Shown: positions 1-10,820, counted from the first letter of the stretch. The stretch: 64,000 bases of DNA from Candidatus Tayloriibacteriota bacterium (GCA_003151615.1 PLXZ01000004.1:173285-237284); one strand, 5' to 3'. Numbers and translations: made by a program. Notes: a model not told the origin generated them from the letters alone.

Positions 1-126
1 TTTTTTTGAGGGATTTTTGCATTTCTTTCGATTTCTTTATCAAAATTTTATTACTTATTCATCTTTTCTTCATCTCGCTTCGATATACTTTCCCATTATC
101 AGAATTAATAGTTAATTTAAAAAAAT

Positions 127-639
127 ATGAATATAAAAAATCATACGAATGTTTCCGGTAAAAATAAGCGGGGGTTCACTTTGATAGAAATCCTCGTCGT
201 CATCGGTATCATCGCCGTTTTGGCGGCAGTGGTGTTGGTGGCGATCAATCCCACCCGCCAGTTCAAATTGGCGCGTGATTCGCAGAGGGTCAGCAATGTC
301 GATTCAATCCTTAACGCCATCGACCAGAATATGGCGGAGCATGGCGGCACATTTATGTGCGGTTCGAACCCGACCCAGATTCCGACGGGGCCGGTTGTCA
401 TGGCGAGTGAGGATCTCAATATCCCGAATGGTGGCTTGGATGGCTTTGACATTGGACAATGCGTTGTTCCTGCCTATATTTCGGCACTGCCGTTTGATCC
501 TTTGGGCGGTCCGGCACTGTATGTCAGTCCGCAGCATTACGATACGGGTTACACCATAGCGCAGGATGCCGACGGTCGAATCACCGTGAGTGCGAACAGT
601 GAAGTAAATCTGGGTGTGCCGATATCGGTGACGCGTTGA
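127..639 (+). CDS. Type IV pilin-like protein (prepilin N-terminal methylation motif)
   Basis: KRGF|TLIEILVVIGIIAVLAAVVLVAINP class III signal peptide. Confidence 0.9.
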   Translation: MNIKNHTNVSGKNKRGFTLIEILVVIGIIAVLAAVVLVAINPTRQFKLARDSQRVSNVDSILNAIDQNMAEHGGTFMCGSNPTQIPTGPVVMASEDLNIPNGGLDGFDIGQCVVPAYISALPFDPLGGPALYVSPQHYDTGYTIAQDADGRITVSANSEVNLGVPISVTR

Positions 640-698
640 CGCCGATTGGATTGGGCGAGGTGTTATATAATGTCCGCATCTAGGGTATTATAGAAGCA

Positions 699-1757
699 AT
701 GAAGTTCAGTCCGCCGACACAACATCAAAAAATATATGTGCTTGGGGCATGTGCGGTTCTTCTGGTCGTCAGTGTGTATGTGCTGAAGAACGGGACATTG
801 CATCGTAATAAGATAACATATTCGGGTTCAGGAATCGCTTCTTCGGAAACGGTTCCTGTTGCCGCATCCGGCAGTAAAAATAAACCTCTTGTTCCGCCAA
901 TAAAACCGGCAAAAGTAACTTCCGCAACTTCGACGACTCCGGCAAAGCCCGCTTCTCCTCTCGATACCATTTCGGCCACCGCATATATTGTCGGCAATGC
1001 CGCGACAGGCCAGATTTATCTTTCTAAAAATCCGACTCTCGAAAATGGCCTCGCGTCCATCAGCAAATTATTCACGGCAATTGTCGCGCAAGGAAATATG
1101 GATCCGAATCAAGTGATACAGATAACGCCGGCCATGCTCGCGGTATATCCGAATTCGTACGGAATCCTGCTCGGCGAGAAATTCAGCCTGAGCGACCTTT
1201 TCTATGGAATGCTCTTGCAATCGAACGATAATATCGCGGAGGGAATCGCCATGGCGTACAGTTCGCCGTCGACATATATTTCGACCCCCGCAGGCACAAG
1301 TCCCTCCGAATCGGCTTTCATGGCGAAAATGAATGCATTGTCGGCGTCACTCGGTCTGACGCAGACGCATTTTGAGGACGCATCCGGATTGGCCGACGGC
1401 AATGTCAGCAACGCAAAAGACCTTTTTTCTTTCGGGCAGTATCTGTATAAAAATCAGCAGGCGCTTTTGGGTATCACGGATACATATTCATATTCCGTTG
1501 CAACGACAACCGCTCATCTGGGTCACGATTTTATCAATATAGACCCGTTCGTCGGCGATCCTCATTACATCGGCGGAAAAACAGGCCGCACCGATTTGGC
1601 CGGGGAGGACATGCTCTCGATTTTCGATTACAAAACAACAAGCGGAGCCGATTACCCCCTGGTCATCGTCGTTTTACATTCCGATCTTTCCGAGCGGCAA
1701 AATGACACGTCGCAACTGTACTTGCAGGCGATAAACATTATCAACAAGCAGAATTAG
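699..1757 (+). CDS. D-alanyl-D-alanine carboxypeptidase (peptidase S11)
   Basis: N-terminal TM helix; SxxK (ASISK), SxN-like (QSNDN) and KTG (GGKTG) motifs. Confidence 0.85.
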   Translation: MKFSPPTQHQKIYVLGACAVLLVVSVYVLKNGTLHRNKITYSGSGIASSETVPVAASGSKNKPLVPPIKPAKVTSATSTTPAKPASPLDTISATAYIVGNAATGQIYLSKNPTLENGLASISKLFTAIVAQGNMDPNQVIQITPAMLAVYPNSYGILLGEKFSLSDLFYGMLLQSNDNIAEGIAMAYSSPSTYISTPAGTSPSESAFMAKMNALSASLGLTQTHFEDASGLADGNVSNAKDLFSFGQYLYKNQQALLGITDTYSYSVATTTAHLGHDFINIDPFVGDPHYIGGKTGRTDLAGEDMLSIFDYKTTSGADYPLVIVVLHSDLSERQNDTSQLYLQAINIINKQN

Positions 1758-1980
1758 AAAATCCAGGGAATTCTAAAAGTATCCGTGGCTGACTTTGTAG
1801 CCGATCCATATGCCGGCAAAACCGCCGACGCCGCTTAAAATAATTGAAGACATTGATAAAACGGATGCGCCCCAGAGATCGGGAATGTAGGCTCCGACCG
1901 TGGTGCCGATGGTGAGACATATCCAGATGAAAGATTTTGAGGACATGGAATAAGAAATTGTTTTCGGTTATAATGATAGC

Positions 1981-2259
1981 ATGATACAAATATTCGACAA
2001 TGTCCTGAAGCGCGCAAACGTCAAAATTGGCTGGATTGACGGAGCGCATATTCGCGATTATACGGGCAAGGATCTCGGCTATTTCGGTGACAATAAAATT
2101 TGGAATGTTTCGGGCGACAAGATCGCTTTCATAGAAGGGGAATATATTTATTTGACCGGCAGTTCCAACAAAATTCGCCTCGAGGACAAATTGAAGGAAG
2201 TGATTGGTGGAAACGCATCCGACTTGTGCCGCGTCGCCATTACGTTTCTTCTCGGATAA
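1981..2259 (+). CDS. Small protein with repeated beta-hairpins (4-fold beta-flower-like)
   Basis: Repeated IGW/LGY/IAF units; followed by a terminator hairpin. Confidence 0.55.
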   Translation: MIQIFDNVLKRANVKIGWIDGAHIRDYTGKDLGYFGDNKIWNVSGDKIAFIEGEYIYLTGSSNKIRLEDKLKEVIGGNASDLCRVAITFLLG

Positions 2260-2279
2260 AAAACACAACAAGCAAAACA

Positions 2280-2303
2280 AAAGAGCGGCTCACGCCGCTC
2301 TTT
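2280..2303. terminator. Bidirectional intrinsic terminator
   Basis: aaagagcggc-tcac-gccgctcttt between convergent genes. Confidence 0.7.
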
Positions 2304-2357
2304 GAGTTAGATTAGGTTTTGTTTAAGAGCACACTTATGTCGAGTACTCTCGACGCA

Positions 2358-3281
2358 TTAGAAACCGAAGATGTGCGAGAAGAATCCGCCGATTGCCGCG
2401 AATATGCCGTTTCCTCCGGCATGAGGTCGCGTCGACGAAGCGTTTCCTGTACCCGGAGCTTTCTGGTCAATGACCGACGAAGCGGTGATTGAACTTCCGT
2501 TGACTGCACCCTGAACGATTACATTGTCTCCAACAGAGAGGCTCGATACCGTCACGATATTCTGTCCCTCGACGATTTTCGCGTTTGAAGCGTCAACCGT
2601 GTAGGAAACGTTGCTTTTATTCGTGATGGTCAATGAAGAACCGCTGATCGCGCTTATCGTCCCTGCGACGACAGGCTGTCCGTTGCCAGTAATAGGGGAA
2701 GTTGAAGAAGCGTTGCCGTGGTTGAAGCCAGGACCTCTTTGTCCGGTGGTCGTAGAGCCCATGCCCATGTGCATTCCTCCGCCAAATCCGTCACGGATTG
2801 ATGTGGCCGTAACGTTGGTACCGCTCACCGTACCTTGCACCGCAACCAGGTCACCTACGACGATGCTTGAGACACTGCTCGTCGCATTATTTTTGAAAAT
2901 TGTCGCATTCGTCGCGTCTACCATGAAGGTAGTTGTTGCCGTCGCCGAAGTGGACGAACCAAAAGCCGGATGAGCCGCCTGAGTGACCGTCAGGGAGTCG
3001 CCGTTAATTGCCGCTACTTTGCCAATTATCGCGGGACGATCCATCATTTCGTCAGGCCCCATTCCGGGCTTGCCTTCACCTTTATCGTCCTGTCCCATCC
3101 AAACGCCCAATCCCGGGTGTTGTTGACCCTGCGGACCTTGCTCGCCTTGTCCGTTGCCAAAAGAAGCGCTGATATTGGCAGTCGCCGCATTGGCGAAACT
3201 GCCGGAAAGGGGAATCGCCACTGCCAAAGCCGCAAAAACAGCCGTGGCAACGACACTCGAAACATATTTTGTATATTTCAT
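2358..3281 (-). CDS. Secreted protein with two DUF5666-like OB-fold domains
   Basis: Signal peptide; two G-x-V/I-x-A-I-x-G...VGDxVxVQG...ATSI/ASSV repeats. Confidence 0.7.
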   Translation of the reverse strand: MKYTKYVSSVVATAVFAALAVAIPLSGSFANAATANISASFGNGQGEQGPQGQQHPGLGVWMGQDDKGEGKPGMGPDEMMDRPAIIGKVAAINGDSLTVTQAAHPAFGSSTSATATTTFMVDATNATIFKNNATSSVSSIVVGDLVAVQGTVSGTNVTATSIRDGFGGGMHMGMGSTTTGQRGPGFNHGNASSTSPITGNGQPVVAGTISAISGSSLTITNKSNVSYTVDASNAKIVEGQNIVTVSSLSVGDNVIVQGAVNGSSITASSVIDQKAPGTGNASSTRPHAGGNGIFAAIGGFFSHIFGF

Positions 3282-3411
3282 TTTATATCTCTATATTGTG
3301 TTATATATTGAACTAATAATGTGGCCGGTCTTATCGTTGGCCTTCTCAATATCTACTACGTCTTCCATCAGAAAATTATTTCACTTGATATTTTTTGTTG
3401 TTTCGGACGAA

Positions 3412-6360
3412 TTATTTGAACCAGCCTCCGATCGTCGAGAATATTGAATTTAGAAATCCGGATCCGCCTTGTGAAGAAAGGGCGTTGCCGACCAGGAGAC
3501 TATTATCCGTCGTAGTCGCTATGGAAGTGGGGGCACTGGAGCTAGAGACGACAGGTACAACTGTTGGCGCGATGGTTGGTGTGGAGGTTGAAACGGTTGT
3601 TCGCACAGTCGGGGCAGTCGCAGGTTTTCGCTGATCGAATCGCGCTTTGTAGGCATTGATGATGACGAGTTCAGCGGGAGTGAGAGTTTTTGAACTGCCG
3701 CAGACAATGGAATTGATTTCCTTCACCGTTGTAATGTATGTCTGGCCGGAACTTTTGTTCAGACCCCATGGACCCATCACATCGCTCATATGGCTTGCCT
3801 GGAAAGCTTTGACGGCGGCTATTGTGTTTGCGTCAAGAACGCCGTTGACCGCCAGATTCGTGTTGGTGTAGAGATTCAAAAACAGTTGAAGTTGGGCGAC
3901 TGCCGCCGGAGAATTTGTGCGGCCCGGAATGACGTAACTTGTTAAAAATGGACATGAGAGAGTGTTTGCAACTGTCGGAGATGTAGTCGATTGCGTCGTC
4001 ATTGTTGATGAGTTGTCGTCATTTGAAGAACTGCCGCCAAATGCAACGCCACCACCACCTCCACCGCTGAAGCTGATGGCATTAGTCGCCGCAGATACAA
4101 TTGCAGGGTCATTCGTTGTCGTTGTGCTTACGTTAATATTGAATGTCGAGGTCGCAGTGTTTCCGGCCGAATCAGATGCGGAACACATGACGGATGTCGT
4201 CGTGCCGATGGTAAAGAGTGAGCCGGAAGTTGGAATACAGCTTATGCTTGTCGTCGCGATTCCGTTAGTAGTCGTCGCCGTGCTTGTTGCGGTGGGCAAC
4301 GTATAGTTGATTGCTATCGAAGGACTGGTTGAAGAAGTAGTTGTAGCAATATCGGATACAGGGCTGATTGTCAGAGGATTCGTCGAGCTACCGTTTGCCG
4401 TGTAGACGAGTAGACATACATATTGTGTCGCTCCTGCGGCGTTGGGAATACTGCAATCACCGCTTGTGGTTAGATCATAACCTGCGAGAATATTTCCGGT
4501 CGCGTTGAACGAATCACCCGCGTTCACTATGAGAGGATCTACATATGAAGTAGTCGTCGAGATAGCAGTCCCTCCATTGATCGAAACGAGAGCGGCGGAA
4601 CCGATCGGAGCATTAGGAATTCCGATAACGAGCTGAGCCGTGCTTGATGCATTCCATATCGCGCTGCCATTGGTCGTATAGTTTAATGAACAATAGTATG
4701 AAGTTCCTCCGACCGCAATCAAATCACAATCGCCGCTTGCGGAAAGGTTGTAACCGGCAACGACAGGTCCTGTGACGCTAAAATGGTCGCCATTATTTAT
4801 CCTGAGAGGATCAACGTATGAAGTAGTCGTGGAAATCGGAGTCGCGCCGTTGATGGAGATAAGCGCGGCAGAGTTGTAGGGAGCATTCGGAATTCCTATC
4901 TGCAGCGTTGCCGTACTCGTCGCGGTCGGTGGAGTCGTTGTTGCTGTGGTGGTTGCGCTTACAATAATTTTGAAGGTTGATGATGTGGCGTTTCCATTTG
5001 AGTCAGACGCGGAACATATGACGGTGGTCGTACCGAGAGCGAAGAGGGAACCGCTCGATGGCACACAATTGATCGTACTCGTAGCGGACGCATCAGTTTC
5101 GGTTATTGCGGGAGTTGAATATTGTACCGCAGTACTGGTGGCGTTGGTTGTTGTTGAGATAGTAGCTGTCGGATGGATTGACAAGGTATTGATCGTCGAA
5201 GTAGAAGTGCTCGTGCCGTTTGCTGCATAGACTACCCAGCATAGATAATCACTTCCGCCTGCGGCAGTCGTATTACAGTCGCCGCTCAAGCTAACAGTAT
5301 ATCCGGTGACCATAGAAGCCGTCACATCAAACGTACTGCCGTTATTAATGATGAATGGCGCGCCGAGATATTCAGTTGACGTGGCGCTGTTGATGCTCAC
5401 ATATGCGTGCGATCCAACGGGAGCGCCTGGAGTATTCAGAGTAAGCTGTGAGGTGCTCGAAGCGGCCGAAGTCGTAGTGGCTGTCGTGCTTGCAAAGGCG
5501 GCTGAGATCGTATTGTTAGCGCCGACATTGCTGAATGTGAATGCGCTTGATGTCCCGACGGAGAGGCCGTCGACGATGACGCTGGCGATATGGAAGCTTG
5601 AGCTTGCAATGATGGCGAATGACTGGTTGCTTCCGTCATTTACGGAGACCGCGCCTGAAGGACTTATCGATCCTCCTGTGCCGGCCGAAGCAGTGATGGT
5701 GTGGACTATTGGTGTTGTTGTAGCCGTGCTCGTAGCCGCCAAAATAGTACCGCTCGAATTGAAGTTCGTATTATAAGTATAGTTGGAAGCATTTGCTCCG
5801 CCAAGAACGATGTCTGTTACGGTAATACCTTTTGGTCCTCCGACACTCGGATCGGTAAATTGAGCATCGGCGCTCGTGACGGCGACATTATCGTTATTGA
5901 ACACCGTGTTTAACCAGTAGTGGCTTATCGTTGCGGTAGTGGTGCCGTCGTAGACCTTATCGGCTCCGTCGCCGTTGATGGAAAGATTTGCTTTGTTGAT
6001 TGCAAATGACTGTACGGCATTGGGTGCCGCGGCGTAGGTTGAGTCACCTGCCTGTTGTGCGCCGATGCTGCATTCACCGGCCGTGTCGAGATGCACGCTT
6101 GTTCCCGAGACCGTACAATTTCCGAAAGATATGAATGAAACCGGCAGGCCGGAGTCAGAACTTGCGGACACATCAAAATCGCTCGCGCCATAGGTCTGAT
6201 CCGCGAGGGGATTGAAGGTTATGGTCTGGGTAGTGGTGCCTGTATCGGCATCAGCAATCGTAGGAATTATAAAAGCGCTTCCCTGAAGGATAATCGCCAA
6301 CGCGACGATTCCCGCGAGAACTTTTGAAACGAAAACGGGTTGGTTGTGTTTTAATATCAT
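3412..6360 (-). CDS. Large Thr/Ser-rich surface protein (YDG-like, HYR-like and Ig-like repeats; C-terminal peptidoglycan-binding-like domain)
   Basis: Signal peptide; KVYDGTT motif; two CxPxSGSLFxxGTTxVxCSASD repeats; LQLFLN...AVKAFQ. Confidence 0.75.
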   Translation of the reverse strand: MILKHNQPVFVSKVLAGIVALAIILQGSAFIIPTIADADTGTTTQTITFNPLADQTYGASDFDVSASSDSGLPVSFISFGNCTVSGTSVHLDTAGECSIGAQQAGDSTYAAAPNAVQSFAINKANLSINGDGADKVYDGTTTATISHYWLNTVFNNDNVAVTSADAQFTDPSVGGPKGITVTDIVLGGANASNYTYNTNFNSSGTILAATSTATTTPIVHTITASAGTGGSISPSGAVSVNDGSNQSFAIIASSSFHIASVIVDGLSVGTSSAFTFSNVGANNTISAAFASTTATTTSAASSTSQLTLNTPGAPVGSHAYVSINSATSTEYLGAPFIINNGSTFDVTASMVTGYTVSLSGDCNTTAAGGSDYLCWVVYAANGTSTSTSTINTLSIHPTATISTTTNATSTAVQYSTPAITETDASATSTINCVPSSGSLFALGTTTVICSASDSNGNATSSTFKIIVSATTTATTTPPTATSTATLQIGIPNAPYNSAALISINGATPISTTTSYVDPLRINNGDHFSVTGPVVAGYNLSASGDCDLIAVGGTSYYCSLNYTTNGSAIWNASSTAQLVIGIPNAPIGSAALVSINGGTAISTTTSYVDPLIVNAGDSFNATGNILAGYDLTTSGDCSIPNAAGATQYVCLLVYTANGSSTNPLTISPVSDIATTTSSTSPSIAINYTLPTATSTATTTNGIATTSISCIPTSGSLFTIGTTTSVMCSASDSAGNTATSTFNINVSTTTTNDPAIVSAATNAISFSGGGGGGVAFGGSSSNDDNSSTMTTQSTTSPTVANTLSCPFLTSYVIPGRTNSPAAVAQLQLFLNLYTNTNLAVNGVLDANTIAAVKAFQASHMSDVMGPWGLNKSSGQTYITTVKEINSIVCGSSKTLTPAELVIINAYKARFDQRKPATAPTVRTTVSTSTPTIAPTVVPVVSSSSAPTSIATTTDNSLLVGNALSSQGGSGFLNSIFSTIGGWFK

Positions 6361-6449
6361 ATTAATTATTGTTAATTAAGGCTTATTTAGTAATGGTTAA
6401 CTAAAGCCAAGCATAGTGCTTTCCTATCTTAAGATTGTGTAGGACAATC

Positions 6450-7205
6450 TCAGGACTTTTTCAAATAGTGCGGATTGATTTTGACGGATTGCGTCGTCAG
6501 AATAAAAAAGTTTTTGATTCCCGTCTCGATGGCGATGTTTTTCCTGATCGCGTCGGCGACATTGTAGAGTTTTTTCCAGTCAAACCGTCCTTGCATGTCC
6601 ATCTGTTCGGAGATCTCGGAAAGCTGCCAGTCTTTTTCCGTGCAGTCAAAATCCTTGAAAATAATGTCGAGCACATAATATTGCTTGCTGAATTTTTTGA
6701 TTTTTATCTCGGCCGCGCCGACGAGAAGCAGCCCGCTGTCAGGATCGAATGAGGCATTGCAGACTTTTCCTCCGCGCATCGGTTGCTCGGATTCTCGCTT
6801 CATGAGGATTTTATTGAGATGCTCCAATTCGTCGACATTCGTGTGGTACGGCGAAACGTCAACCCACGAGCCGATGATTTCGACGGGTTTCTTTTTGGAA
6901 TCTTTGATAAGAGTCGCGCAATCCTTGATATGGTGATAAGTTCCGTCACTATGAAGCCAGCGATAGGTGATATCTATAGAATAGACCTTTCCGTTTTCAA
7001 GCTCTTCCAGTTTTTCGAGCGTCTGCTGGGCGTCGTCGGGGTGAAGACGTTTCATCCAAAATACGCGGTCATATTTAAAATCAGTACGGTCAAACCCGGT
7101 ATTTTTTTTGAAATTATGATCCAGCCAAAAAGTGTTCCAAAGTTGGGTCTTCGGATCGTATTTTTTCTTATACAAAACCGCCGGCATTTTTGTTTCCATT
7201 TGCAT
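6450..7205 (-). CDS. PAS(PAS_3)/PAC-domain protein with possible C-terminal winged helix
   Basis: WMKRLHPDD...YRWLHSDGTY...IIGSWVDV PAS/PAC signature. Confidence 0.7.
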   Translation of the reverse strand: MQMETKMPAVLYKKKYDPKTQLWNTFWLDHNFKKNTGFDRTDFKYDRVFWMKRLHPDDAQQTLEKLEELENGKVYSIDITYRWLHSDGTYHHIKDCATLIKDSKKKPVEIIGSWVDVSPYHTNVDELEHLNKILMKRESEQPMRGGKVCNASFDPDSGLLLVGAAEIKIKKFSKQYYVLDIIFKDFDCTEKDWQLSEISEQMDMQGRFDWKKLYNVADAIRKNIAIETGIKNFFILTTQSVKINPHYLKKS

Positions 7206-7451
7206 GTGGTATTACTTGACACTTTAAATCTTGTCAGTGATGACGTGTCGGATCGGCAAGCATTACTGTCATAAACGAAGTCCTGAAATGATTTTGAAGT
7301 TCGAGCGTCTCCATTGAGCACGGGGAAAAACCCCGAAATTAATTAATATAATAAAAACAAAAATGATAACTATTAAAAACGACGAAAAGGAAAACGAAGA
7401 CGATCAGGAGGATGAAGTTGAAGAGCACAATTGGGTTGCCATTTAACAGTA

Positions 7452-7670
7452 CTATTTACTGAAGAGTCTTGAAAACTTTAGTTTCAGGACGGCAAAGAGA
7501 TAGACGATCTCAAGGATGCCCGCCGTGTTCACGATAAGGAGTATGACAAACCACCATGCTTGACCGCGTCGTCCAGAATGCCACAATGCGAGTCCTTTCC
7601 AAAAAATGCTCCAGAGCACAACCAGAAACAGCAATGAGCCATATCCGTGCGTTAGATTTAAATTGATCAT
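7452..7670 (-). CDS. DUF5652-like small membrane protein
   Basis: WSIFWKGLALWHS...WFVILLIVNTAGILEIVYL. Confidence 0.75.
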   Translation of the reverse strand: MINLNLTHGYGSLLFLVVLWSIFWKGLALWHSGRRGQAWWFVILLIVNTAGILEIVYLFAVLKLKFSRLFSK

Positions 7671-7676
7671 ATATTT

Positions 7677-7913
7677 CTAGTATCCGCTGCCGGTCGTGCT
7701 GCCGTTTGCGGGAATTATCGGCGTGCTGATATTGACCGTCGTTGCGCCGCTCGGTGCAGTTTGACTTGTCGACGGGGAACCATGCCAATAATAGCGGGTG
7801 CCGAAAACCAACAATGCTATGACGATGAGTGCCCCGAGAATAATGCCGACAAGAACGCCTGCTGATGAATCTTCAACGGGAACCGTTGGGGGTGTGTTAA
7901 TTATGGTTGTCAT
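7677..7913 (-). CDS. Small single-pass membrane protein
   Basis: MTTIINTPP start and one hydrophobic helix; the longer upstream ORF extension overlaps a terminator. Confidence 0.6.
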   Translation of the reverse strand: MTTIINTPPTVPVEDSSAGVLVGIILGALIVIALLVFGTRYYWHGSPSTSQTAPSGATTVNISTPIIPANGSTTGSGY

Positions 7914-8077
7914 AAATGTATAATGTGTTATTAAAATAATGCCTTTCATCAGTGGAGACGGACAAGAGAGGGTGTGGTTACAGCTATTTTTTATTACAAA
8001 AAGATATGAAGAAATAAAAAAGGCCGGGACAATGTGCGTCCCGGCCTCGCGAATGATGAGGTGAACTCCAAAGAAAG

Positions 8078-8500
8078 TTATTTTTTCGGCAAAAGGCCTT
8101 CGGGGGGAACGGGAGGAGCGTAGTGCCATGAAATAATGTCGTTTCCGTAGAGCGTTACCGACAGAAGTCCCGTGGCGATTGCAATGTCACGCACTCCGAT
8201 GGAGTCGAGGCCTACTGACGCGACGATGCCGCACATATGCAAAAAGAGAAGTGCCGCGACGGGTCGGACCCAGATTCCGAAAACCAGAAGCAAAGCCATG
8301 AGTACTTCAAAAATGCCATTGCACGTCACGAGCGTCAGGGAGGACAAACCCGTTACGTGAACGGCGATGGTGGGGATGTAAGATATCCATGCGCCCGGGT
8401 CGAGTATCTGCGACGCGCCGAACCATACGAATACTCCGGAAAGGCCGAGACGCAGAACGATTGGTGCGAAAAAGGGAAGTTGTTTCATATTTTTATTCAT
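8078..8500 (-). CDS. DoxX-family membrane protein
   Basis: LRLGLSGVFVWFG...GIFEVLMALLLVFG...RDIAI. Confidence 0.8.
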   Translation of the reverse strand: MNKNMKQLPFFAPIVLRLGLSGVFVWFGASQILDPGAWISYIPTIAVHVTGLSSLTLVTCNGIFEVLMALLLVFGIWVRPVAALLFLHMCGIVASVGLDSIGVRDIAIATGLLSVTLYGNDIISWHYAPPVPPEGLLPKK

Positions 8501-8508
8501 TGCATTAT

Positions 8509-8904
8509 TTACTGAACAAGTGTGCCGATTTTAAAAGTGGCAAGTTCCGCGGCCGGCCGGGCTTGTCCGCCGTGCTGGCCGTTGAATGCCGCTGATCCGT
8601 CCGTGCCGCACAGGCTTAGTATCGCTTGCGGACCGCCGGGATGCTCGTTGATCCATGATGTCACGTCATAAACGTCGCCGTTGATCGCCGTCCAGCAGCT
8701 CGCGCCGTTGTTGTGTTGGGCAACTTGAGCGAGGGTGTAGGTGTCGGGGCCTTGAGTCGTCGAAGTGGAAATCGCGGTTGATGTTGAAGTGGTTGTCGTG
8801 GCCGGCCGGGCCGTTGATGGTCCGTTCTGCACAATTGCCGTAATGCCAGCCGTGGCAACGACGAGAATTCCGAGAGTCAGCGCCAGTTTTTTATTGGTTG
8901 TCAT
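8509..8904 (-). CDS. Cytochrome b5-like heme/steroid-binding protein
   Basis: VAQHN...CWTAING.VYDVT.W...HPGG. Confidence 0.9.
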   Translation of the reverse strand: MTTNKKLALTLGILVVATAGITAIVQNGPSTARPATTTTSTSTAISTSTTQGPDTYTLAQVAQHNNGASCWTAINGDVYDVTSWINEHPGGPQAILSLCGTDGSAAFNGQHGGQARPAAELATFKIGTLVQ

Positions 8905-8948
8905 GGGGTTTGTTACATCAAAGTATGTAACTTTATTTCCGTTGAATC

Positions 8949-9104
8949 CTACTTGAACGCAAACGATAGAAGCACGATGGTCAAAGCGTTAAGAACCACC
9001 AATGCCAAAACCATTTGCCATTTTACCGGAAATGGATTCTGTAAAATATAGACTGTATAGATTATTGCAACGATCGCCGCACCAATGAAGTTTCCTTTTA
9101 TCAT
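8949..9104 (-). CDS. Small (51 aa) membrane protein, not in the ORF track
   Basis: MIKGNFIGAAIVAIIYTVYILQNPFPVKWQMVLALVVLNALTIVLLSFAFK; TGnTATAAT just upstream. Confidence 0.5.
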   Translation of the reverse strand: MIKGNFIGAAIVAIIYTVYILQNPFPVKWQMVLALVVLNALTIVLLSFAFK

Positions 9105-9134
9105 GTTCTCATTATATCACATCAAGTCCTATCT

Positions 9135-9178
9135 TGCTTCTTATGTTGAACGAAGTTAAAACCAATTTACGCAAATAA
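9135..9178 (+). repeat. att junction J1 (outermost), right arm type A
   Basis: tgcttc-ttatgttgaacgaagttaaaacc; in frame LLMLNEVKTNLRK*. Confidence 0.7.
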
Positions 9179-9181
9179 AAA

Positions 9182-9206
9182 AGGGCAAGGACTTTCATCC
9201 TTGCCC
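9182..9206 (-). terminator. Intrinsic terminator
   Basis: agggcaagga-ctttca-tccttgccct with A-tract on + (U-tract on -). Confidence 0.75.
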
Positions 9207-9222
9207 TCTTGAAAACGCAAAT

Positions 9223-9972
9223 TCAAACTTCAGTTTTCTTGTATTTGTTGATGATGAGGACTTTTGACGTGCACGTCTCGGGGTTAATCAATTTGACCGC
9301 CAACGAAACACGGTTTTCTTCGTTGAGCGCAAACCAGTATGCCGTTTTGATTTCCTCGATGTCGCCTTGAAGCGGGACAAGGATCGGTTCACCGATAAAC
9401 GACGGCAGGGGATTGCCGTCTCCGGTGTAGGTTGTAACCATGCGGCCAAAACCTGCAGGAATGTCTTCATAGCTGTAAAACAGCCGTTCGCAACTCTCGT
9501 CAGCGTTTGATTTGCGAAGGACTGACATATGGAAACCGGGCTTTTTCCCTGCCTCGGCCGTAATAATTGCACTGATCCGAGGGGTGTAATTTGGTTTGTC
9601 GGGCTCGTATATATGGGTCGAAAGACCCTGGGCAAAACGCGAGAAGTTATCGTGCCCATTTATTTCGGCAATGATCTGGTCAGTCTGTTTGCCGTTGCTC
9701 ACCACATGCTGTCCGAAAATATAATCCATGGCATTGTAGATGATGAGACTCGTGTCTCCGGCTTTCGCGGGGTCTGCCGGTTCGGTGAAGATTCTTGGTC
9801 CCACGGCGCTGAAAATACGATTTCGGCTGTTCGCGCTTCTTCCCATTATCCAGTAAATCTGAACCAAATTTCCAGACTCGTCCCGGCCGATGACGATTCC
9901 GCGTCCCGGATACGGGTTTTCAAAGAGCCGCTTCAGATTTTTCGCGGCTTCCGTCGATTGATCAATTTCCAT
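9223..9972 (-). CDS. IMP cyclohydrolase (PurO-like, Ntn fold)
   Basis: YPGRGIVIG, YWIMGRSANSRNR, SNGKQTD, YEPD.PNYTPRIS; GGAGG RBS before ATG 9972. Confidence 0.85.
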   Translation of the reverse strand: MEIDQSTEAAKNLKRLFENPYPGRGIVIGRDESGNLVQIYWIMGRSANSRNRIFSAVGPRIFTEPADPAKAGDTSLIIYNAMDYIFGQHVVSNGKQTDQIIAEINGHDNFSRFAQGLSTHIYEPDKPNYTPRISAIITAEAGKKPGFHMSVLRKSNADESCERLFYSYEDIPAGFGRMVTTYTGDGNPLPSFIGEPILVPLQGDIEEIKTAYWFALNEENRVSLAVKLINPETCTSKVLIINKYKKTEV

Positions 9973-10068
9973 AATTTCCTCCATTTTCAACGATCGCGCC
10001 ACTGGTTGCTCGGTATATTGAGCGGGTTTATCGCGGATGCAGTGACACATCCTTACTTGCTATATCAA

Positions 10069-10096
10069 AATCTATTCTTTTTCAGGGAAAAGTCAA
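10069..10096 (-). promoter_or_regulatory. Sigma70 promoter, cassette family 1 (TTGACN-16-TAGATT; also 12361-12388 and 15420-15447)
   Basis: Three similar copies of aatctattcytttt..gg.aaa.gtcaa upstream of unrelated minus-strand genes. Confidence 0.7.
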
Positions 10097-10167
10097 TAAG
10101 GGCCATTGACAACATTAGATAAATACTTTATCTTGCCAACAGATAAACAAAAATTTACGAGGTATTT

Positions 10168-10701
10168 ATGATCACTAAATTCGATGCAGCTCTCATTCAG
10201 TTTTTTGAAAAAATTGCACACGCGTTCCAAAGACTCACCGGAAAGAACAACTTCTGGCTGGGTTGGGCGATGTTTTGGATAGATGTCGTTTACGTCCTGG
10301 TCGGTCGTTATATCGGAAGGACGAAAGATAATAGTGAAATAATTTTTATGGAGATGTCCTTCTATGTTGTGGTTTACATTATCATTCAGATTTTGATCAC
10401 CAGGATACTTCAGAATTTGACATTTATATCAAATTCACGCGTCCGGTCGCGTAATCCGTTGGAGTGGCTCTTGATTGGCAAGTTGTTGAGAATGATTTGC
10501 TGGTTTTCCTTTCTGAAATCCTTGATGTCTAACTGCTTTGGATCAGGATCTTGGGTTAATACGGGGGATGATTTTTGCAATTTGGTCATGTGGTATTTCT
10601 TCTCGTGCACGCCGCTTCCACCCGGGGAGAACAAATTGTCCCGGTTGTTTGATTCGATGCGGTCTCTTTTCACCCGCAGGCATGCCGCCGTCGGCGCCTA
10701 A
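10168..10701 (+). CDS. Hypothetical membrane protein
   Basis: GAGG RBS, hydrophobic segments, terminator at 10721-10748. Confidence 0.65.
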   Translation: MITKFDAALIQFFEKIAHAFQRLTGKNNFWLGWAMFWIDVVYVLVGRYIGRTKDNSEIIFMEMSFYVVVYIIIQILITRILQNLTFISNSRVRSRNPLEWLLIGKLLRMICWFSFLKSLMSNCFGSGSWVNTGDDFCNLVMWYFFSCTPLPPGENKLSRLFDSMRSLFTRRHAAVGA

Positions 10702-10820
10702 AATCAGTTCTTGAAATTCAAGGCACTACGTTACGTAGTGCCTTTTTATTGACAACTTTCCATTAGGCGGTACTGTAAAGGAAGTTTTGAACCACACATC
10801 TTGAACCTCACAATTAAATT